A stretch of DNA of 64,000 nucleotides from an uncultured Gemmatimonas sp. Lineage in GTDB: Bacteria; Gemmatimonadota; Gemmatimonadetes; Gemmatimonadales; Gemmatimonadaceae. Numbering within the stretch: position 1 is the stretch's first letter; each line of letters begins with the position of its first letter. Below the pieces are notes generated by a model, which did not search any database, was not told where the DNA came from, and saw only the letters and a list, made by a program, of their open reading frames with translations. The position numbers and the translations under genes were made by a program. This document shows positions 1 to 8,268 of this stretch, piece after piece. The stretch is taken from positions 7,548-71,547 of the forward strand of contig CAZWSJ010000008.1 of assembly GCA_964636415.1 (NCBI GenBank). The letters run 5' to 3'.

Positions 1-78
1 TGTACTCTCACTACGTTACAGGCAGGTTGGGGTTTCGGTCACCTTTTCCTTAAAGGTTATAAGACGCTTCGGGAGACT

Positions 79-1350
79 GTGATGCTCAAGGTCAGGGCGG
101 CTCTTATGCTGCGAGCCACGTTCAGAGTTCGGGTTGCCGGTCTGCTGGTGTCATTGAGCATTGCGGGCTGCCAGCACAGGGCTCCGGGCGTGTCGTCGGG
201 GGCCATTCCTGGCATTTCTGCCGCCGCGGCGGCGGCTGGGCAAGGCCACACAGCAAGCGCGGCGCAGTCAGACTCAGTCCTGCCGGAGTTTCTGCCCGAC
301 TCCACCTGGTGGCGCATGAGCCGGGAGTTCTCCGAGCCGGGCGGCTATTTTCGCTCCGAGAACTTCGTATCCAACGAGATGGGACTGCAGCACGTCATTG
401 CAGCGCTCAAAACCACAACGCCGCCGGGCGGTGTGTATGTGGGGGTGGGGCCGGAGCAGAACTTCACCTATCTGGCAGCCCTTGAGCCCCGCATAGCATT
501 CATCGTTGACATCAGGCGCCAGAATCTGGTGCAACACCTCTGGTACAAGGCGGCCTTTGAGCTTTCGCCCACGCGTGCCGAGTTCCTGGCGCGGCTTTTT
601 GCGAGGCCAATGAAGGTACCCGTGGCCACCGGATCTCTGGTCAGTTCCGACTCACTGATGATCCTGCTGGACCGGACCCCTGCCGACTCAGTGTTTTTGG
701 CCGCCACTCTGGCTGAGGTGGAGCATCAGCTTCTGGTTACCCACGGGCTGGACATAGACTCACTGGATCTGGCTGCTCTTCGCTACATAGCGCGGGTGTT
801 TGCGGCCAATGGGCCAGGTCTTAACTACTCCAGCGGCAGTGGCCCGGGTGGTGCCTACGGCGGATTCGGGCGCGGTGGTGGTTTCCGTCGCATGCCGAGT
901 TTCGCGGATATTGCGAGGGCCACAGATCCGGAGGGTGTGAATCTGGGCTTTCTGGGCAGCGAGGCGGCATACGGGCGCGTGCGGGACATGCAGCTCAGGA
1001 ATATGGTGGTGCCCGTGGTTGGCAATTTTGCGGGCCCCGACGCGCTGCGCCGAGTGGGGGAGTGGCTGAGAAGTCGGCATGCCCGGGTGAACGTATTCTA
1101 TACCAGCAATGTGGAGCAGTATCTTTTTCAGCAGGGCGACGAGTGGTCACGCTTTTATGCGAACGTGGGAGCCATGCCCTTGGACAGCAACGCCCGTTTC
1201 ATCAGGTCCATAACCGGCGGCGGGTTTACCATGCCTCGTACCAATTTCCTGATGACTCAGCTCACCAGTCCCATTCAGCCCATAGTTGATGCTGCTGCCA
1301 CGGGTCAGTTGGGTGGTTATATGGGTGTAATCAGCAGATCCACGCCCTAG
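79..1350 (+). CDS. Conserved hypothetical lipoprotein with weak SAM-dependent transferase-like motifs
   Basis: 423-aa ORF with lipobox LSIAGC and GGAGA SD before GTG 79 (ATG 106 is an alternative). Conserved-looking blocks: [48 protein letters not shown]. Confidence 0.75.
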   Translation: MMLKVRAALMLRATFRVRVAGLLVSLSIAGCQHRAPGVSSGAIPGISAAAAAAGQGHTASAAQSDSVLPEFLPDSTWWRMSREFSEPGGYFRSENFVSNEMGLQHVIAALKTTTPPGGVYVGVGPEQNFTYLAALEPRIAFIVDIRRQNLVQHLWYKAAFELSPTRAEFLARLFARPMKVPVATGSLVSSDSLMILLDRTPADSVFLAATLAEVEHQLLVTHGLDIDSLDLAALRYIARVFAANGPGLNYSSGSGPGGAYGGFGRGGGFRRMPSFADIARATDPEGVNLGFLGSEAAYGRVRDMQLRNMVVPVVGNFAGPDALRRVGEWLRSRHARVNVFYTSNVEQYLFQQGDEWSRFYANVGAMPLDSNARFIRSITGGGFTMPRTNFLMTQLTSPIQPIVDAAATGQLGGYMGVISRSTP

Positions 1351-1579
1351 GTGCCATCGGGGGGGACAGGTTTCACCGGGTTTCCACCCCAAAGCAGTTG
1401 ACTGCTGGCCCGGTTTCGGACATTTATTAAGGCTGTACAGGACATTGCACGCTGCTGCAGATGTTCTGCAGATCCACTGGTCAGCAGACCTTGTGGTTTT
1501 TGTGGGTACCGCACATTCGCGGGTGCCCTATCCGAAAACGCGCACACCGCCGGAAATGGTGGCGCATGATGGAGCTAAG

Positions 1580-1825
1580 ATGGCCAAAGAAGGAATTCAT
1601 CCGCCCTACCACCCGGTTGTCTTCAAAGACGCCTCGTCGGGCGCACTGGTGCTCACCCGCTCAACCATGACCAGCAGCACCACGGTCAAGCTGGAAGACG
1701 GCAATGAGTACCCCATGATCCTGCTGGAAATCACCAGCGACTCGCATCCGTTCTACACCGGAACCCAGCGTCTCATCGACACGCAGGGACGCGTGGACAA
1801 GTTCAAGAAGCGCTACGGTCGCTGA
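1580..1825 (+). CDS. rpmE2: 50S ribosomal protein L31, type B (no Zn-binding Cys)
   Basis: [10 protein letters not shown]...[12 protein letters not shown]...[10 protein letters not shown] with no Cys; GGAG SD at 1571-1574. The ORF-track start at 1445 is too far upstream. Confidence 0.95.
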   Translation: MAKEGIHPPYHPVVFKDASSGALVLTRSTMTSSTTVKLEDGNEYPMILLEITSDSHPFYTGTQRLIDTQGRVDKFKKRYGR

Positions 1826-1854
1826 TTCTGATTGTAACCGGCCGGTGGCTTGCT

Positions 1855-2688
1855 TCAGTCGCCGGCCGGTGCACTTGTCGTAAGAAACGCAGTGACAAGC
1901 ACCACTGCAGCAGCCAATATCACTTCCAGCCTTACAGCCCGGGGCGCAGGATCACTGCCCGAATGAACCCGTCGTCGTTGTAGCGCACCAAGGCCAAGTA
2001 TGACTCCCACAAGGAGCACCTTGACTGCCAGCAGCCTGCCCCAGGTTGATGCAATCACCTCGGCGGGGCCAACTCCCCAGTTGAGGCGGAGAGCGCCAAG
2101 CACCCCTGTGAGCACTGCCAGCGGGGCCGCAACAGTTGCAACACGGCTTACATGCCGCCAGCGCGTGCGACTCAAATCATCGTTGAAGTCAGCCGCGGGA
2201 ATGTACTCATCGCTTATGGCGAGCAGCACACAGCCAATCCATGCGCCCATGCTCAATACGTGCAAGGCATCCAGCGTCCGGGCTGCAAGGGGCCAGTTGT
2301 CATCCACATTGGCATGCCCCAGGCCACCCAGAGTAATGGCAATGGCTGCGCCACTCACCCAAACCATCCAGCAGGCCGATCGCCGCCCAAACGCACCGGT
2401 GAGCATCATGGAACAGAGCACGGCTGATATGGCGAGCCACTGCCAGTTGCTTCCCCAGTTGCCACTCAAGAGAGTGCCAGCTTCGGCCCATGGCATTTCA
2501 AGAGCACTGAGCTGGCCCTGCAACCAGACAAGCGGACCGAACAGCATGGCAAGTGCGGCCGCCCAGCGGAGTCGTCGTCGTGCAGATGACAGGGGAACAA
2601 ATGCCGGTACAGGAAGGAGCATCTCGCCGAGCACCACTACAGTGCCCGAATAGAGCAGTGCCCGGGCCAGTACCGTGAGGTCAGCCAC
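1855..2688 (-). CDS. copD: CopD-family copper uptake/resistance membrane protein
   Basis: Multi-TM protein with GHA, HVLSMGAWIG and WGRLLAVK motifs; GTG start overlaps the copC stop (TAGTG). Confidence 0.85.
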   Translation of the reverse strand: MADLTVLARALLYSGTVVVLGEMLLPVPAFVPLSSARRRLRWAAALAMLFGPLVWLQGQLSALEMPWAEAGTLLSGNWGSNWQWLAISAVLCSMMLTGAFGRRSACWMVWVSGAAIAITLGGLGHANVDDNWPLAARTLDALHVLSMGAWIGCVLLAISDEYIPAADFNDDLSRTRWRHVSRVATVAAPLAVLTGVLGALRLNWGVGPAEVIASTWGRLLAVKVLLVGVILGLGALQRRRVHSGSDPAPRAVRLEVILAAAVVLVTAFLTTSAPAGD

Positions 2689-3098
2689 TATTCGTCAGCC
2701 AGGCGTACCGTGAAGTTGAAGCTCCCGTTCACCACGTGTCCGTCGCTGGACATGGCCTTCCACGTGACCGTGTAACTGCCATTGCCCGGCGGCGATGCGA
2801 AGCTCGCCACCAGAGGGGCGTTTGCCGCACCGCCACGCGTGGGAGCAGCGGTTTTTATTGCAGTCCCATCTTTCGACTGAACAGTCACCCTGAATGTTGG
2901 GAGATCAGCCGGTTCGCTGAACCAGAGCCGTACCGCATCGGGCGCCTTGGTCAGCGTGGTATCACTGGCCGGAAAGGATGAGTTGAGCTTGAGATGCGGC
3001 AGAAAGTCGGCTCTGGACACTACCGGCACTGCCAGCAACATGGCTGCTGCCAGCCCCAGCCCGCCCAGACGACGAAACAGCATGCGAAAGTTTCTCAT
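2688..3098 (-). CDS. copC: CopC-family periplasmic copper-binding protein
   Basis: Signal peptide, then HLKLNSSFP..VRLWFSEP..YTVTWKAMSSDGH; ATG 3098 with GAGAG upstream. Confidence 0.88.
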   Translation of the reverse strand: MRNFRMLFRRLGGLGLAAAMLLAVPVVSRADFLPHLKLNSSFPASDTTLTKAPDAVRLWFSEPADLPTFRVTVQSKDGTAIKTAAPTRGGAANAPLVASFASPPGNGSYTVTWKAMSSDGHVVNGSFNFTVRLADE

Positions 3099-3259
3099 AT
3101 CTCTCAATACCTGTAGATGTTGCGAAGCACAACCAAGCACAGATACATGTGTGGCAGCGGAATATACCGTAAACGGAAACCACGCATGTCTTACACCTGT
3201 ATGCGAAGTCCTGCACCAATAATTGATAACCTGAAAGCACACCGGCCGTGAGATGAGAC

Positions 3260-4999
3260 TCAGTTCTCTCTGCTGACGACGGGGCGATAGTGAAGAGGAG
3301 CGGCGAAGGCACGGATCCCGCGCCGCCCTACAAGACCCAGAACAAGCATGATGAACAGAGCTGCCGCAATAGATGAAGGCATTCCCGCATCTGCGGACAG
3401 TGATTGACTCAGCAAACGTGAATCGATGCTGTCTGCCATCAAGTCAAACAGCATCCCACCGGCTGCAGCGGCAACCAGCACCCTTATCCCGCTGCGAGCC
3501 CGCGGGGCCTGGCCGGCAGCATATCCTGCGATTCCAAAACTGCGCCCGAGTGCAAGCTGAGAGGCAGCAACCAGCATAGCCAGCACCGCACCCAACGACA
3601 GGCCGGCAGAGGCGAGCACAGCTCCTGCGGGTACGAGAGCGAGAGCCGGCAGTGGGAGCAGCGCAGCAATTATCGTTGCCAGAAGCACGCCGGCAGTTGG
3701 CGGCAGTGTCTTGAAGCTGTAGTCACCCAAAAGCGGAACAAGAAGTGCCGCGACCAGGAGGCCGACAACCACCCAGGGTACGGAGCGCTCAACGGCCAGC
3801 CGCCAGGCGCGTGAAGGCTCTTCCGCCCTGCGCCACGCCCGATGCGACATCAACCCGCCCCGTGGTCCGTTAGCATCATGCGCAGCCAGAGTCGCTGACC
3901 TGAGCGAGGCGATGAGCTGACTCAGAGCAAGATTGGCCAGCGCAAGTGCAACGCCAAGCAGTGGCACGGAGAACAGCGCCGCGATGAGCGGGAAGGTCGC
4001 ATCCTGCTGCTCATCTCCAGACCCGATCTCGCCGATTGTTGCGGCCGATCCTGCAGCCTGGGCCGAAGCACCGGCACTGAGGGCAGCCGCGAGCTGTCGA
4101 TGCTGCCTGACGAAAACAACAGTGAGCCAGATGGCGGCAGCGCCATAGGCAAAGATCAGGGCAGGCGCGGCACTGGCAAGGAGATGCCAGAGAGCGGCGG
4201 CTATTTGCAGCGTATAGGGATCCTGCAGTCCCCCTTCCAGATACTGCAGAACCACCAGCACCAGAATGCCCGCCAGGGATCCGACGCCTGCGGCCATGGG
4301 ATAGCTCAAGCGGCTGGAGTGGTGCCCGGCATGGTCATGGTCATGGTCATGGTCATTGCCGTGATCAGGATGATCTGCGTGACCCTCGTGCGGGCTATCA
4401 TGCTCATGCGCCGCGTGTGCAATGACATGCAGCAACGAGCCACCCACCACGGCTTCAAACCACAGCGAGGCACGCTCAGGCAGCCAGGCCAGCACTGTGG
4501 GCTCGGCCACATAGCCCGCGATCGTCATGACAGCCATGAAGGCCAGAACGGCCCATGGCATCCAGAGCGCCCGGTCACGCAGCACCCACCATACCATGAG
4601 CCCAACGGGTATCTGGTGCAACAGAACCCCGTATCCCAATAGGTTGCCGGCCTGTGATGACGACTCGGCAAGGGCACTGCCGTCGAGCATGGAGTGCACA
4701 GCCACGCCAAGCAGTGCCGCAATCAGGATGGCAGCATGCGTCTGCCTAGCCCCATAGCGAAACATGCGCTCGACAATGTCCGGCACCAGAAAGCCAATGG
4801 CTATGGAAAGCAGTGCGATAATGTCGCGCTGACCCAGCGCCGGTGGCAGCACGTCAAGCAGAACCAGGCCGCCAATGGATACAACTATGAAGCCATCAAT
4901 GAGGGCAAATACAGCCGGTCTCGATCGTATGTAACGACTGATCAGGGGGCCCACGGCGAGCGTGCCAAGGCTGCCCGGAAGAAGTGCGCTTACGATCAT
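3260..4999 (-). CDS. ZIP-like metal transporter fused through a His-rich linker to a degenerate ArsP/DUF318-like permease domain
   Basis: ZIP TM4/TM5-like HSMLDG and HQIPVG; linker HEHDSPHEGHADHPDHGNDHDHDHDHAGHH; hydrophobic C-terminal half with permease-like GLSLGAVLAMLVA. Confidence 0.7.
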   Translation of the reverse strand: MIVSALLPGSLGTLAVGPLISRYIRSRPAVFALIDGFIVVSIGGLVLLDVLPPALGQRDIIALLSIAIGFLVPDIVERMFRYGARQTHAAILIAALLGVAVHSMLDGSALAESSSQAGNLLGYGVLLHQIPVGLMVWWVLRDRALWMPWAVLAFMAVMTIAGYVAEPTVLAWLPERASLWFEAVVGGSLLHVIAHAAHEHDSPHEGHADHPDHGNDHDHDHDHAGHHSSRLSYPMAAGVGSLAGILVLVVLQYLEGGLQDPYTLQIAAALWHLLASAAPALIFAYGAAAIWLTVVFVRQHRQLAAALSAGASAQAAGSAATIGEIGSGDEQQDATFPLIAALFSVPLLGVALALANLALSQLIASLRSATLAAHDANGPRGGLMSHRAWRRAEEPSRAWRLAVERSVPWVVVGLLVAALLVPLLGDYSFKTLPPTAGVLLATIIAALLPLPALALVPAGAVLASAGLSLGAVLAMLVAASQLALGRSFGIAGYAAGQAPRARSGIRVLVAAAAGGMLFDLMADSIDSRLLSQSLSADAGMPSSIAAALFIMLVLGLVGRRGIRAFAAPLHYRPVVSREN

Positions 5000-5000
5000 C

Positions 5001-5034
5001 TGATGATAATACAATATCATCAACTGAATTCAAT
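5001..5034 (-). promoter_or_regulatory. Sigma70-type promoter (TTGAAT-N16-TATTAT) overlapped by the palindrome TGATGATA-N6-TATCATCA; probably leaderless
   Basis: Perfect 8-bp inverted repeat at 5001-5022; the -10 hexamer lies 6 nt before ATG 4999. Confidence 0.65.
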
Positions 5035-5058
5035 TGCGACCAATACAATGCGAAGCGT

Positions 5059-6048
5059 TCAGCCCTTGCCTGGCTCCGCCGCGAGGGCTGCCAGCGACTC
5101 CGCCAGCTCGCCCACTGCAAGCCCTGTTCCCACAAAAACCACCGATGGCCTGGGCTGCGGGTCGAAATCGGCCTCCGGCATGGCAGCAATGTTGAGATTG
5201 CGGTAACCCGCAGATGCGTCCCAGACAAACAATGTCCTGGGGCTGTCCTCAAACCGTACAAAGCCCTTGGCGCGAACAACCGACTCCGGGAGATTGGAAA
5301 AGAAGCTTTCAAAGGCCTCACGATTGACCATATCTGGCAAACCGAATACCACAGACTCGAATGGGAACCGCAGTGAATGTGCTATGGAGCTTCGGGCAGA
5401 AGCTCTCAGCACCGGCATCTCGCGTTCCGATGCAGAGCCTGAGGCCGTGGCCATGGCGTGCAATTGTGCAGCCAGACGCTCTGGATCCACGAGTTCACCC
5501 TGCGGGTTGGCCTGCCGGAGATCCCTGGTTACCTGATCCACACGACGTCGGCCGACTTCCTCAATCCGATTCAGATGCAGGTGCGTTGCGGTGCTGGCCT
5601 GGGAGAGTTCGATTTCATTGTCCCGCCCGCGCGTCTGCCAGCGTGCGGTGTCTACCACGGTGACCTGCAGGGGCAGGCTCAGATGCGCCAGTCGCTGATC
5701 TGCCATGATGTGCGCCAGCAGTGCGTCTGTGGCAATCAATCCACTCACTTCCACTTGCAGGACGGAGCCCGGGTCATCCGGCACGAGAGCCAGTGCGTTC
5801 AGCAGCTCTGAGAGAGAGGAGTTGCTCGCGCCTCCTCCGCCCCCAAGACCGCCGCCGCCTGCTCCACCCACCACGGTTATATGGGCGTCCAGTTCCGCCA
5901 GACGTGCGGCGTCCACCACGGGTTCATTGATCTGATGCAGCAGAATGCGCACCCGCAGATCTCTTGCGGCCAGTGAGCGGGCAATATCGGCAATAAGGCG
6001 AGTCTTGCCTGCACCTGGAAAACCGGCAAACAGCACAAGAGGAATCAT
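5059..6048 (-). CDS. COG0523/CobW-family G3E GTPase-like protein, degenerate
   Basis: Walker A GFPGAGKT, Walker B-like EVSG, VTVVD, CobW_C-like VVRAKG and VFVG. The CxCC motif is absent. ATG overlaps the PAP2 stop (ATGA). Confidence 0.8.
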   Translation of the reverse strand: MIPLVLFAGFPGAGKTRLIADIARSLAARDLRVRILLHQINEPVVDAARLAELDAHITVVGGAGGGGLGGGGGASNSSLSELLNALALVPDDPGSVLQVEVSGLIATDALLAHIMADQRLAHLSLPLQVTVVDTARWQTRGRDNEIELSQASTATHLHLNRIEEVGRRRVDQVTRDLRQANPQGELVDPERLAAQLHAMATASGSASEREMPVLRASARSSIAHSLRFPFESVVFGLPDMVNREAFESFFSNLPESVVRAKGFVRFEDSPRTLFVWDASAGYRNLNIAAMPEADFDPQPRPSVVFVGTGLAVGELAESLAALAAEPGKG

Positions 6049-6662
6049 CCCGACCTGATCCATCTGGCGAGCAGGATTACAAGTGGCCATGCAAGAGCAG
6101 CAGCCACTACGGTGTCGCTCAGGAAATGGCCGTGAGCCAGTATGCGGGTGGCCGCACAGCCAGCAGCGAGAGTGTAGAACAACCAACGGGCTCTCGGGAA
6201 GAGCAAGGCCAGCGCAAAGGCTCCCCCGCAGGCAACCAGCACGTGAGAGCTGGGTAAGCCCATCCCGCGATTGGAGAAGAGTCCATCGTTGAAGGCCCGG
6301 AAGGCATAGCCGAAATGTTCGGGATCAGGACGCAGGCGACGAAAACAGAGTTTGAGAAGCTCAGCCAGTGCGCCGCCCAGGGTGGGAGAAAGCAGCAGAA
6401 GCAGCGTGCCCTGGCGGCGCCTCACGGGGTTGCTGGTCTCCAGCCACCAGGCCAGAGCAATCAGTCCCCAGGTTGGAAGAAAGCCCTGAATGCGCAACAG
6501 GCGGCCCAGATCTTTGTCATTCACTCCGGGCAGGGTGAGCTTCCATGCCAGAGGATCAAGCACATGAGCCAGCACAGTGGCTGCCACTGCCAGCAGGAGC
6601 CAGCGTTGCCACCTGAGAGCCGGGACGGCCAGTTCGTTGTCTTGGATTGCCGGGTTGGTCAT
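6045..6662 (-). CDS. PAP2-family membrane phosphatase
   Basis: All three PAP2 motifs present: KLCFRRLRP, PSSH, TRILAHGHFLSD. Confidence 0.9.
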   Translation of the reverse strand: MTNPAIQDNELAVPALRWQRWLLLAVAATVLAHVLDPLAWKLTLPGVNDKDLGRLLRIQGFLPTWGLIALAWWLETSNPVRRRQGTLLLLLSPTLGGALAELLKLCFRRLRPDPEHFGYAFRAFNDGLFSNRGMGLPSSHVLVACGGAFALALLFPRARWLFYTLAAGCAATRILAHGHFLSDTVVAAALAWPLVILLARWIRSG

Positions 6663-6784
6663 TGTGCTTAATCAAGGGCTGCGGCGGGCGCTGCGCCACC
6701 TGAAGCAGCAGTTCGCAGCAGCACCCGGGAACTGAACTCAGCATGCGCGTAGTACCAGTGTGTACAACGGGCCATATTTCCGGG

Positions 6785-7159
6785 ATGGAACGTCGGACAA
6801 GACAACGCGAGGTGATCCGGCGGGTATTTGAGGAAGCAGCCCGTCCACTGGGGCCCGCCGAGGTGCTGGACGCCGGGCGTAAGAAGATCCGTGGTCTCGG
6901 AATCGCCACGGTTTATCGTGCGATACATGCCATGGTGGAGAGTGGCTGGCTCGTGCCGGTTCAGCTTCCCGGAGAGGCGGCGCGCTATGAGCGTGCTGGC
7001 GCGGGCCATCACCACCATTTTCGCTGCAATGGTTGCAGCCGCGTTTTCGAGGTAGAGGGCTGTCCGGAGGGCTTCTCCGGGCTGATGCCTTCGGGCTTTA
7101 CACTGGAGGAGCACGAAGTGGTTCTTTATGGCAGATGTCCCGAGTGCGCGCGATGCTGA
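6785..7159 (+). CDS. Fur-family transcriptional regulator
   Basis: TRQR, ATVYR, HHHHFRCNGC and C-terminal GRCPEC; likely ATG 6785. Confidence 0.92.
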   Translation: MERRTRQREVIRRVFEEAARPLGPAEVLDAGRKKIRGLGIATVYRAIHAMVESGWLVPVQLPGEAARYERAGAGHHHHFRCNGCSRVFEVEGCPEGFSGLMPSGFTLEEHEVVLYGRCPECARC

Positions 7160-7719
7160 GACTTTCTCTTGCGGCACTGCTGCTCCTGGCCGCCTGCGAC
7201 CGGCAGGCACCTTACCAGGGCATGATTGCAGACCCCCCGCGCGATATACCGTCCTTCTCATACACCGCAGCCGACGGTAGTGTCCGGGAAATGGCCGCCG
7301 CCAAGGGTCGGCCCATGGTTGTCTTTTTCGGCTACACCCACTGCCCCGACGTCTGCCCTACCACCCTGGCCGACTGGAAGCGCATCAAGAGTGAACTGGG
7401 CGAACGCGCCAACAAGGTTCAGTTCGTCTTTGTGAGCGTAGACCCCGAACGGGACACTCCCGACGTGGCCGAACGATACGTGCACCAATACGACTCCACA
7501 TTCACGGCTGTCTCTGCCGACAGCGCAACCACGGCCAAAATCCTGGCAGCCTTCGGTGCCGCAGCATTCCGTGACAGTACCGAAGCTGACTCCGGGGGAT
7601 ACTTTGTTACTCACTCTGCGCAGGTGTTCCTGGTGAACGACAAGGGGCGCCTGTTGACTCTCTACCCCTTCGGGACGCCACGTGAAGCCCTCGCGGCAGA
7701 TCTCGACAAACTGCTGTGA
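7153..7719 (+). CDS. SCO1/SenC copper chaperone lipoprotein
   Basis: Lipobox LLAAC, FGYTHCPDVCP, SVDPERD and conserved His in VTHSA; overlaps the fur stop. Confidence 0.93.
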   Translation: MLRLSLAALLLLAACDRQAPYQGMIADPPRDIPSFSYTAADGSVREMAAAKGRPMVVFFGYTHCPDVCPTTLADWKRIKSELGERANKVQFVFVSVDPERDTPDVAERYVHQYDSTFTAVSADSATTAKILAAFGAAAFRDSTEADSGGYFVTHSAQVFLVNDKGRLLTLYPFGTPREALAADLDKLL

Positions 7720-8222
7720 GGATGACCAAGGTGCACAAGCGGTTCACTACACTGAAAAGCGCGGCGACATTCGGACTTGCAGCGGCAGTCACTCTTCTGG
7801 CCGCCTGCGGCACGGACGCATCGTCTGCTTCCGACGACCTCGCAATGGCAAGCGCTTCGGAGCACGGCGTCACCCTTCGGGATGCCTGGGCTCGCGTGGC
7901 CGACTCGGCAGGCACTTCCGGTGCTTATGGAGTGCTGCTGAACAGCAATACAGACTCAGTTGAGATAACGGGGGCGTCCAGCGACATGGCCGACGTCGTG
8001 GAGATCCACGAGACCATGCAGCACGGCGACATGGTACATATGATGCCGCGCGGTGCGGTGGCCATCGCTGCGGGCGACTCTGTGGTGATGGATGAGGGCG
8101 GCATACACTTCATGCTGGGCGGATTACACAGAACACTCAAGGCTGGCCACAGAGTACCTCTGGTGCTGCGCCTCAGCAGTGGAGACTCTCTGGTCATCGA
8201 ACTTCCGGTAAGGGCGCCCTGA
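7716..8222 (+). CDS. PCu(A)C periplasmic copper chaperone lipoprotein
   Basis: Lipobox LLAAC, AWAR, EIHETM...MM and GIHFML copper ligand pattern. Confidence 0.9.
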   Translation: MRMTKVHKRFTTLKSAATFGLAAAVTLLAACGTDASSASDDLAMASASEHGVTLRDAWARVADSAGTSGAYGVLLNSNTDSVEITGASSDMADVVEIHETMQHGDMVHMMPRGAVAIAAGDSVVMDEGGIHFMLGGLHRTLKAGHRVPLVLRLSSGDSLVIELPVRAP

Positions 8223-8268
8223 GCATGTCGCTGCCTGCGACCACAATTTCAACTTCGTCGCTGCAGGA

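Noticed and set aside
6049-6186. Cys-rich N-terminal extension (GCCSC) of the track ORF 5059-6186 as a replacement for the missing CxCC
   Set aside because: It lies inside the PAP2 CDS in another frame. The ATGA overlap and the family N-terminus (IPLVLFAGF) place the start at 6048.
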